Assembly (NCBI GenBank): GCA_964242255.1
Contig: CAXTCO010000001.1
Span: 8,539-72,538, forward strand
Direction of reading: 5' to 3'
DNA length: 64,000 nt
Source of the DNA: an uncultured Caulobacteraceae bacterium
GTDB taxonomy: Bacteria; Pseudomonadota; Alphaproteobacteria; Caulobacterales; Caulobacteraceae
Shown: positions 23,379 to 30,274 of the stretch, piece by piece
Layout: each line of letters begins with the position of its first letter
How positions within the stretch are numbered: the stretch's first letter is position 1
Made by a program: the position numbers and the translations under genes
Notes under the pieces: generated by a model
What the model was told of the DNA's origin: nothing
Databases searched by the model: none
Seen by the model: the letters and a program-made list of their open reading frames with translations, nothing else

Positions 23379-23951
23379 TCAAGCCGTGAGGTTGGCCATG
23401 AAGCCCGGATAATGGGGCAGCCGCGTCGCGACCTCCTCCGGGGTCAGGAAAAAGGTGCCCCTGCGGGCCGCGTCCTCGACCGCCTTGTGCATCTGTTCAG
23501 GCGTGGTGTCCGAGAAGGCGGTGGAGGCGGTGGGCAGCGACATCGACTGAGCAGGAACGGAGACGTCCCTGAAGAAGGAGTCGAGCTGCACGGGCTCATC
23601 TTGGACGGCCTGCGCGATCAGCAGCGTCCGGACCTCCTGCGACCGGAAGTAGACGGCGTGGGCCGTTCCCCGGGGAACGAAGACGACGCCGCCTTCACTG
23701 ACCTGAAGGCTCTTATCCTGGTCTTCGGTGAAGAACTCGACCGAGCCGGACAGGATGTACCAGGTCTCGTTCTCCAACTCGTGGACGTGCGGCGGAGGTT
23801 CGTTCCCTATCGCGCCCCAAGCGTCCGTGATCGACAGGCGGCCGGCGGTCTCCGAACCGGCGACCAGGAAGGAGATGAGGTTGCCCATGTAGAAGCGGGA
23901 GCTCTGCAGCTCGGGCGAGCGTGCGAAGCTGCGCATCTTGGCGTCCGTCAT
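23379..23951 (-). CDS. Cupin domain protein
   Basis: ORF 23379..23984. Likely start is ATG 23951 (MTDAKMRSF), because codons upstream have poor third-position GC. PPPHVHELENETWYILSGSVEFF cupin motif. Confidence 0.7.
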   Translation of the reverse strand: MTDAKMRSFARSPELQSSRFYMGNLISFLVAGSETAGRLSITDAWGAIGNEPPPHVHELENETWYILSGSVEFFTEDQDKSLQVSEGGVVFVPRGTAHAVYFRSQEVRTLLIAQAVQDEPVQLDSFFRDVSVPAQSMSLPTASTAFSDTTPEQMHKAVEDAARRGTFFLTPEEVATRLPHYPGFMANLTA

Positions 23952-24026
23952 CCTTGAGCCCTCTGCGCGAACATACCTCCACATCCTAAACCCGGACTTG
24001 GGCTTCCATATGTCGGCCGGTGTGCG

Positions 24027-24071
24027 TGGTGGGCGGCGAGGGGATCGAACCCCCGACCCGCTCCGTGTAAA
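24027..24071 (-). other. 3' fragment of a tRNA-Val(TAC)-like gene (anticodon loop to CCA); putative prophage attachment-site remnant
   Basis: Minus strand reads TTTACAC GGAGC GGGTC GGGGG TTCGATC CCCTC GCCGCCC A CCA. That is anticodon loop, 3' stem, variable loop, T arm, acceptor 3' strand and CCA. The sequence upstream has no complementary GGGCGGC acceptor strand and no D arm, so it is not an intact tRNA. Confidence 0.65.
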
Positions 24072-24195
24072 CGAGAGGTGTCGAGCGACAATCCCTGGCG
24101 CTTTCTGGGGTTCTCGTCTCGCTCCGTCCCGCTCTGTTCACGCCGTTTGAGCCCGTTTCTGGGGGGTTTCCGGAGGGTGCGCCTCGAGAACGGAC

Positions 24196-24771
24196 GTGGA
24201 ACAAGCCGCGCCCGTGGGCCACAACCTCACAGACCGCAAGCTGCGCGAGCTGTCGGCCAGGGCGGCCTCGGACGGGCTGAAGGGCTGGAACCGCACGCGC
24301 GACGGCAAGCTCGAGCCCGTGCAGACCGTGGCCGGCTGCATCGCGCGCGGCGTGCTGGTGACCGGCCGCTGCACCAAGCACGCCGGCTGCGATCGGCGTG
24401 TGCAGGTCGACCTCGCCTTCTGGGCCGACCACGGCTTCGCGCTGATGCTCTGGAACGACTTGGTGCAGCAGTTCAGCTGCGGGCGGCTGGGCGGCTGCGG
24501 GCTCGACTTCCGCGCCTACAACCCCGAGGGCACGCCGCTGGTCGCCATGGCTGAGGCGCCCGACACGCTGGTCACCTTCTACTGCCAGGCGGGCCGCGTG
24601 CCCGGCTACTCGGCCATGGCGTCCGCGCTGCTGGCCGGCGTGCGCAAGCGGCAGCACCCGCTGGCGGAGACCGCGGGCATCCTCACCGCGGCGCGCCTGC
24701 TCCGCCTGCAGTGCAAGGTCTGCAAGGGCCACCGCCGGACCATCTGGTATGCGCGGGGCGGCTCGTCGTGA
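24196..24771 (+). CDS. Hypothetical Cys-rich protein at prophage left end
   Basis: 191-aa ORF with good third-position GC and 9 Cys including CxxC (CKVC). Opposite orientation to the late operon. No family recognised. Confidence 0.5.
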   Translation: MEQAAPVGHNLTDRKLRELSARAASDGLKGWNRTRDGKLEPVQTVAGCIARGVLVTGRCTKHAGCDRRVQVDLAFWADHGFALMLWNDLVQQFSCGRLGGCGLDFRAYNPEGTPLVAMAEAPDTLVTFYCQAGRVPGYSAMASALLAGVRKRQHPLAETAGILTAARLLRLQCKVCKGHRRTIWYARGGSS

Positions 24772-24790
24772 GCCCCGCGCGAACGAAAAA

Positions 24791-24816
24791 GGCCCCCGGC
24801 GTCTCCGCCGGGGGCC
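24791..24816 (-). terminator. Rho-independent terminator closing the leftward late operon (hairpin shared by convergent genes)
   Basis: GGCCCCCGGC (24791-24800) / GCCGGGGGCC (24807-24816), 6-nt loop. On the minus strand it is followed by TTTTT (24786-24790). Confidence 0.7.
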
Positions 24817-24873
24817 CTCGATCGCTCGATGCGTTTGGCCCCGCCGGGAAGCCGCCAGGGTAAGACGGCCGTC

Positions 24874-25677
24874 TTACCCGGTGATGATCAGCTCGCGCGC
24901 GGCCTGCATCCCCTGCCCCGCCAGCCCGTAGTGGGTGCCCACCGGCTCGAGCTGGAAGCGCGCGAAGGTGGCGCGTACCTCGGGCGTGTCGTTCAGCGAG
25001 AGGATGAAGCGGCCGCGCACGCCGGCGAGCACGTCGGCCAGCCGGGCGAACTGCTCCCGGTCGAACATGCCGAGGCCGTAGTCCGTCTCGCAGCCGAAGT
25101 AGGGCGGGTCGAGGTAGAACAGGGTCTCGGGCGTGTCGTAGCGCGGGATGAGCTCGGCCCAGGGCAGGCGCTCGATGATCACGCCGGCGAGCCGGTCGTG
25201 GATCTCGCCGAGATCGGCGCGCAGCTGGGCGACGTCGAACCGCCCGGGCCGGTGGTCGCGGGCGCTGACGCCGAAGTTGCGGCCCGTGACCTTGCCGCCG
25301 AACGCGCAGCGCTGGAGGTAGAGGAAGCGGGCGGCCCGCTCGAGGTCGGTCAGCGTGTCCGCGTCGACGGCCGTCAGCCGCTCGAACTCGTCGCGGCTGG
25401 TGATGCGCCAGCGCAGCAGGTCCATCAGCGGCTCGTAGTGCCGCTGATGGACGCGGTAGAGGGTCACCACGTCGCGCGAGAGGTCGTTGACCACCTCGCA
25501 CTTCGGCTTGCGCCGGCGGCGCAGGAACACTCCGCCCATGCCGACGAACGGCTCGGCGTAGAGCTGGTGCGGCGTGGCGTCGATCAGCGCCGTCAGGCGG
25601 CGCGCGAGGTTCTTCTTGCCGCCGAGGTAGGCGGCGGCCGGGCGCACGGGGGCGACCGGCGTCATCGTGGACTCCAT
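24874..25677 (-). CDS. DNA N6-adenine methyltransferase, D12 (Dam) class, orphan
   Basis: 267-aa ORF. FVGMGGVF SAM motif and FYLDPPYF catalytic motif. No adjacent restriction gene. Confidence 0.85.
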   Translation of the reverse strand: MESTMTPVAPVRPAAAYLGGKKNLARRLTALIDATPHQLYAEPFVGMGGVFLRRRRKPKCEVVNDLSRDVVTLYRVHQRHYEPLMDLLRWRITSRDEFERLTAVDADTLTDLERAARFLYLQRCAFGGKVTGRNFGVSARDHRPGRFDVAQLRADLGEIHDRLAGVIIERLPWAELIPRYDTPETLFYLDPPYFGCETDYGLGMFDREQFARLADVLAGVRGRFILSLNDTPEVRATFARFQLEPVGTHYGLAGQGMQAARELIITG

Positions 25678-25820
25678 GGGGGACTCGGCTTCGGGATGCT
25701 CCCGCCGGTCGGACCGGTGGCGGGAGCGGATGGCCGCTGCAGCGGCCGGACGTGCGGAGTGCGAGCTCCGCGGCTCGAGGCGCTCGAACGCCCCGGGCCC
25801 CCGTCTCTTCGACGGCGGGT

Positions 25821-26411
25821 TCAGTTCGGCGCGCGCTTACGCGGCGGCGCGAGGTCGATCTTGCCCCAGCTCACCGTCGCCAGGAGCTTGCGGGTGGTGA
25901 CGCGCTCCTCGCCGGAGACGGGGCCGGCAGCCGCGATCGGCCGGCCGGTGTGGGCGTCGTAGGCGAAGGCGGAGAACTCGGCCGCGCCGGTCCGCGTGTG
26001 GGTGGAGTAGGCGCTGATCTCGGGGACGGTGACCGTCTTCCCGTCGCCCCAAGGGATGTTCATCGACGGCATGCCGACCACCTTGTCGACCTCGTCGATC
26101 GAGAGCGCGCCGGCGCGCAGCTCCATGATGATGTCGGCCGACGCGCGGTCGGCGGCCGCGTAGGATCCGCGCGCCAGCAGCTGCGCCCGCACCGCGCTGA
26201 TGGCGTAGGCGGCGTCCGGTTGCGGCACGGCGGCGCCGTCCACGAAAACCCGCTGGCCGGCCGGGAGGGCGAGCTGCAGGGCGGCCGCGCCCCGATCGGC
26301 CGCGTGGGCGATCAGCTGCTCCTCGGCGGCGCTGCGCGGCGGCAGCGTCTCGCGGACGGAGGCGCACCCGGCCAGGACGGCCGCGGCGGCGAGGGCGATC
26401 AGGCGGCGCAT
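25821..26411 (-). CDS. Putative lipoprotein
   Basis: 196-aa ORF. Signal peptide with lipobox MRRLIALAAAAVLAGC. Confidence 0.65.
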   Translation of the reverse strand: MRRLIALAAAAVLAGCASVRETLPPRSAAEEQLIAHAADRGAAALQLALPAGQRVFVDGAAVPQPDAAYAISAVRAQLLARGSYAAADRASADIIMELRAGALSIDEVDKVVGMPSMNIPWGDGKTVTVPEISAYSTHTRTGAAEFSAFAYDAHTGRPIAAAGPVSGEERVTTRKLLATVSWGKIDLAPPRKRAPN

Positions 26412-26454
26412 GGGCGCTCCTACTGAGGGCAGCAGAGGGCGGAGTGGGGCCAGT

Positions 26455-26481
26455 GGGTCGCCGGCGCGGAGCCGGCGACCC
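26455..26481 (-). terminator. GC hairpin downstream of lipoprotein gene 26490..26873 (terminator-like, no T tract)
   Basis: GGGTCGCCGGC (26455-26465) / GCCGGCGACCC (26471-26481), 5-nt loop. Confidence 0.35.
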
Positions 26482-26489
26482 GTCCGGCG

Positions 26490-26873
26490 TCAGCCGCCGG
26501 CGGCGGAGAGCGCCTGGTCGGCGGTGGCGTAGGCCGCGTCGGCCGCCGCGGCCGCCTTCGTCAGGGCGTCCGACCCGGGCGCGCCCGAGAAGGTGAAGGC
26601 GGTGCGGGCGACCTGCAGGGCGGCGTAGGCCTCCATCAGGTCGGTCCGGAGCGTCTTCACCTTGGCGGGATCGACGATGCCGGTGTGGGCGGCGGTGGTG
26701 ATGCTCGCCGCCGTGGCGGCGAAGCCCTGCTCGACGCCCGTGCGGATCTGCGCCTGGTCCTGGACGACGGTCTGGGCGGCGGCCGCGGGTGACGGGCCGA
26801 TCCCGGTGGAGCTGCAGGCCGCGGCCGACAGCGCGCCGGCGGCGAGCGCCGCGGCGAGGATGAGCTTCCTCAT
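26490..26873 (-). CDS. Putative lipoprotein, Ala-rich helical
   Basis: 127-aa ORF. MRKLILAAALAAGALSAAAC lipobox. Confidence 0.65.
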   Translation of the reverse strand: MRKLILAAALAAGALSAAACSSTGIGPSPAAAAQTVVQDQAQIRTGVEQGFAATAASITTAAHTGIVDPAKVKTLRTDLMEAYAALQVARTAFTFSGAPGSDALTKAAAAADAAYATADQALSAAGG

Positions 26874-26906
26874 GGTGGTGGTCTCCGGTTGGTGGGGTGG
26901 CCGCAG

Positions 26907-27317
26907 TCAGGCGGCCGCTACGTCGCCCGCCGGCTTCGGCGGGTCGAAGAGGGAGGCGATCGCCGCCGCGCCACCGACGACGAAGCGGTTGGCGACCAGC
27001 GGGGCGACGGGGCCCAGCACGGGGGCGAACTCGTCGGCGATCACCGCCTCGAGCCCGACCATGGCGATGCGGCTGGCACCGGTCAGAAGCGTAGAGCCGA
27101 GGCTGACGGTGCTCGCCGTAGCGATCGCGCCCTGTCCGGCGATCGCCGCGGCCGTCCCCTCCGCCTTGTCCGGAGCTGCGGCCTGCGCCGCCTTGCCGAC
27201 GTCGAGGGCCTCGCCGACCAGGCGCTCGGCGTGGGTGATCTCCTCGAGCAGGTGCGGGGCGTCGGCGCGCGCGCGCGCCAGCAGGGCGCCCAGGACGCCC
27301 TTGGCTTCGTCGAACAT
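26907..27317 (-). CDS. Hypothetical protein carrying a copy of the fibre-linker motif
   Basis: 136-aa ORF. Contains AAAIAGQGAIATASTVSL, matching the ASAIAGQGALATASSVSL linker of the 2061-aa fibre protein. DNA 27102-27153 is 45/52 identical to 33589-33640. Confidence 0.55.
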   Translation of the reverse strand: MFDEAKGVLGALLARARADAPHLLEEITHAERLVGEALDVGKAAQAAAPDKAEGTAAAIAGQGAIATASTVSLGSTLLTGASRIAMVGLEAVIADEFAPVLGPVAPLVANRFVVGGAAAIASLFDPPKPAGDVAAA

Positions 27318-27360
27318 CAGGATCTCCGGAGCCCGCAGCCGGCGGCGAGCGCGCCTGCCG

Positions 27361-28233
27361 CTAGGCGGCGGTTCGGGCGGGAGCGGCCGCGGCGACCACG
27401 CGCTCGAGCGCGGCGCGGTACTCCCAGATCATGTGGTCCTCGACCTGCGGGAGCTTGCCGGTCGTCAGGGCCGCGACGGTGGCGATCGCGTCGACCACCA
27501 CCCGGTCCAGGAGGCCGCGGTCGCGCCGCAGGGCGACGTCCACACCCGGCAGCAGCAGGCGCGGGTCGCCGGTGTGCCGGAAACCCGCCGCCGCCGGCGG
27601 GACACCGGGCACCAGGTCCCTGTCGTGGACCACCCGGTAGTGCGGCACGCGCACCAGCGCGTCGAAGGCGCGCGTCGCGACCCGGGGCGAACCGAAGGTG
27701 TAGGCCGCCGCCACGCGGCGGCCCTCCAGCGCCGCGGCCGCGAGCTGGGCGACGGCGCCGCCCATGCTGTGCCCGGTCACGTAGAGGGGGAGGTCGTCCG
27801 GCAGGCCGGCGACCGCGGCCTCTGCGGCCGCGCGCACGCCCTCGAAGTCGGCCTGGAAACCCTCGTGGACCAGCAGGCCGGGCGGCCCTCCGTGCAGCGG
27901 GACGAGCCGCGCGTCCAGGTTGCTCTCCCACGCCTCGAAGCTGGCGGACCCGCGGAAGGCGAGGACGGCCAGGCCCGGCGCGCGGGCCAGGAACGCGTGC
28001 GTGCAGCCGGCCGAGAACGTCTGGACCAGGTCGAAGCCGCCGGGGCGCAGCAGCATCGCCAGCTCGCGCGCGCCGCCCGCCGCCTCGAAGGCGAAGTAGG
28101 CGAGCTCGGCGAAGTCGCACATGACCAGGGCGGTGCGGTCGGACCAGGGCTCTTGCAGCGTCGGCTCGATGTCGGCCGAGCCGGCGGCGAGGTCGCCTAT
28201 CCGATCAGGGGCGTGGGCCAGGCGCGCCCTCAC
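27361..28233 (-). CDS. Class 3 (fungal-type) lipase family protein
   Basis: 290-aa ORF. AFRGSASFEAWESN, nucleophile elbow VTGHSMGGAVAQLAA, YTFGSPRV, VVHDRDLVPGVP. No signal peptide seen. Start overlaps the hydrolase gene's stop. Confidence 0.8.
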   Translation of the reverse strand: MRARLAHAPDRIGDLAAGSADIEPTLQEPWSDRTALVMCDFAELAYFAFEAAGGARELAMLLRPGGFDLVQTFSAGCTHAFLARAPGLAVLAFRGSASFEAWESNLDARLVPLHGGPPGLLVHEGFQADFEGVRAAAEAAVAGLPDDLPLYVTGHSMGGAVAQLAAAALEGRRVAAAYTFGSPRVATRAFDALVRVPHYRVVHDRDLVPGVPPAAAGFRHTGDPRLLLPGVDVALRRDRGLLDRVVVDAIATVAALTTGKLPQVEDHMIWEYRAALERVVAAAAPARTAA

Positions 28234-28721
28234 CGGCCGGCTCCCGCCAGCAGGTGCGCGGGGTCGCGGAAGAAGGTGTGGTGGCCGATCTGGGTGACGC
28301 GGATCGACGCCTTCGCCCAGGCGGGCTGCGCCAGCGCCAGGTTGTCATAGAGCACGGTGTCGGCCGTGAGCAGCGCGTAGGCGGCGCCGCCCTTCCAGCC
28401 GCCGGCCTGGACGGCCGCGCCGACGCGCGAGCACTCCGCCCAGGCGGCCGGGATCGCCTTGGCGGCCGCGAGCAGGCGCACGACCCGCGCCATCTCCGCC
28501 GCCGGCGTCGCCGCCACGCGCACGTAGCGGCCGGCGACGAAGTCCCACTCGCACCAGCTGAACTGGTTGTGAGCGCTGACCGTGCCGCCGATCGTGCCGT
28601 CGGACTTGTAGCGCATGGCCGTGCGGTTCAGGACCACGCGCGCCACGGCCGCCTTGCCGTCCGCCGGCTCAAGCATGGCCTCGTGGTAGATGCAGAGGGC
28701 GAGCCAGTCGGCGTCGGTCAC
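28230..28721 (-). CDS. Cell-wall hydrolase, SleB/Hydrolase_2 family (probable endolysin)
   Basis: 163-aa ORF. LALCIYHEAMLEPADGKAAVARVVLNRT ... AHNQFSW pattern of SleB-type hydrolases. Confidence 0.75.
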   Translation of the reverse strand: MTDADWLALCIYHEAMLEPADGKAAVARVVLNRTAMRYKSDGTIGGTVSAHNQFSWCEWDFVAGRYVRVAATPAAEMARVVRLLAAAKAIPAAWAECSRVGAAVQAGGWKGGAAYALLTADTVLYDNLALAQPAWAKASIRVTQIGHHTFFRDPAHLLAGAGR

Positions 28722-29026
28722 TGGTCGTCGCCCGCGCTGTGGCCGAGGAGCTTGGCCTCGAGGCGCTCGACGCGGTGCGCCATGGCGTCGGAGCGCTTGT
28801 CCATGCGCGCGGTCCGCTCATCGAGCCGCGCCAGCGTGGCGACGAGTGAGCCGTCGGCGAGCGGCTTGGTCCGGTCGTCGAGCTGGCGGACCGAGGCGCT
28901 GGTGTCGGACGCCCAGGCGACGCCCACGCCGAAGTGTGCGACGAGGGCGACCGCCAGGCCGATTACGGCCGTCGACAGCTTGAGCGTAGGCGCACCTCCT
29001 CCGGAGGTGACGTCGGTGGTGGTCAT
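28718..29026 (-). CDS. Single-TM protein with coiled-coil tail (holin or i-spanin-like)
   Basis: 102-aa ORF. TM LSTAVIGLAVALVAHFGVGVAW, then charged helical region. 4-nt overlap with the hydrolase start. Confidence 0.55.
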   Translation of the reverse strand: MTTTDVTSGGGAPTLKLSTAVIGLAVALVAHFGVGVAWASDTSASVRQLDDRTKPLADGSLVATLARLDERTARMDKRSDAMAHRVERLEAKLLGHSAGDDQ

Positions 29027-29182
29027 GGGGGTGCTCCGCCGCGCGCGCGGGTGCGCGGCGGCCGACGATCGTGAAGCGCGGGCTGCATCGGCCGCGCGAC
29101 GATGTCCGGAGCGGCGCCAGGCCGGTTCGCGACCGCAGCGGGCGGTCGCCTGGGCGCGGACGGCGGCCCAGATCAGGAGCTC

Positions 29183-29205
29183 GGCCGCGGGACGCGCCCG
29201 CGGCC
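29183..29205 (-). terminator. 9-bp GC hairpin between tail-accessory genes and lysis cassette (terminator-like, no T tract)
   Basis: GGCCGCGGG (29183-29191) / CCCGCGGCC (29197-29205), 5-nt loop, just downstream of the stop at 29211. Confidence 0.35.
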
Positions 29206-29210
29206 GGCCG

Positions 29211-29822
29211 TTACGCGCCGGCGGGGTCCGCGGGCGTGAGCTTCGCCTCGGCGGCGGCGATCGCGGCGTCGAGCTTGGAGGTGTCGGCCCCGGCCGGGAG
29301 CTCCGAGCGGACCTCCTTCAGGTCGGCGAGCAGGGTTACGATGTCGGACAGCTTCACCGCGGTCGTCGCCTCGACGGGGTTGGGTACGGCCGTCCCCATC
29401 GGCGTCGGCCGGTCGGTCGCGCTCGCGGTCGACTGCGGATCGCCCAGCTGGCGCTTCAGCTCGGCCACGATCAGCGCCGCCCGGGAGGGGCCGCCGTTCA
29501 CCGAGGCTCCCAGCGCGTGGAAGCCGAAGCGGTTCATCACGTAGGCGCAGGCCGCGCATGCTCGGCGCGCCTCGTCCGGGCAGTCGCTCCCGTTGCAGGA
29601 CCAGTCATAGAGCCCCTCCACGGCCGCTTCGATGCGGGGCAGCTGCGAGCCCGCGCCCGGCAGCGGCCGGACCACCGCCAGCACCGGCTTTGGCATCTGG
29701 GAGCCGCAGTCGATCATCAGATCGTCCAGGAGGACCGCGGCGGCCACGTCGCCATCCGGCTCAGGCGGCGCGATGTAGGCGGGCGCGGCGGCGGCGGGCG
29801 CGGCAGGCACGAGTTCGGTCAT
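29211..29822 (-). CDS. Hypothetical phage protein
   Basis: 203-aa ORF with good codon bias. 4-nt overlap with the upstream gene. Confidence 0.6.
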   Translation of the reverse strand: MTELVPAAPAAAAPAYIAPPEPDGDVAAAVLLDDLMIDCGSQMPKPVLAVVRPLPGAGSQLPRIEAAVEGLYDWSCNGSDCPDEARRACAACAYVMNRFGFHALGASVNGGPSRAALIVAELKRQLGDPQSTASATDRPTPMGTAVPNPVEATTAVKLSDIVTLLADLKEVRSELPAGADTSKLDAAIAAAEAKLTPADPAGA

Positions 29823-30274
29823 GGCATGGAGCTCCTGAGCTTCAGGGGAGAGGGCGCGACGCCAAGCGCACTGGCGAGGCGAGCGCGCGTCCTAAGGGCG
29901 TGGAGAGCCACACGGACGTAGCGGCGACGCACGTCCTCGAGGTCGTCGAGGGGATCGGCTAGGGGCACGCCGTCGGCCGTCATGGTGGCGCAGAACGTGA
30001 CGAGGTGACTGTCATCGACGCGGGCGTGGATCGGCGCGCCGGCGTCGTCGGTCGCTACCACCTGAGCGCGGCCCGCGTCGTCGCAGATCGATGCGGTCAA
30101 GCGCAACGTCTCTCGCCCGAAGGTCGTCAGCTCGGGAACCGGTCGAGTCTTGATCTTCACCACGACGCCCTGGAGTCGGTAGACGCGATCCTCATCGTTG
30201 AGTGGGTGCGTCACCTGGCCGGTGATGTCCTCGATGTCGGGCGCGAGCCGCGCGGCTGACACGATGTCGCTCAT
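29819..30274 (-). CDS. Hypothetical phage protein immediately downstream of fibre gene (possible fibre accessory/chaperone by position)
   Basis: 151-aa ORF. 4-nt overlap with the stop of the fibre gene. Confidence 0.6.
   Translation of the reverse strand: MSDIVSAARLAPDIEDITGQVTHPLNDEDRVYRLQGVVVKIKTRPVPELTTFGRETLRLTASICDDAGRAQVVATDDAGAPIHARVDDSHLVTFCATMTADGVPLADPLDDLEDVRRRYVRVALHALRTRARLASALGVAPSPLKLRSSMP

Noticed and set aside
24027-24110. Possible intact tRNA-Val gene on the minus strand.
   Set aside because: Only the anticodon loop to CCA portion is tRNA-like. The sequence 5' of it has no GGGCGGC acceptor strand and no D arm. The 5' anticodon stem pairs at only 3 of 5 positions.
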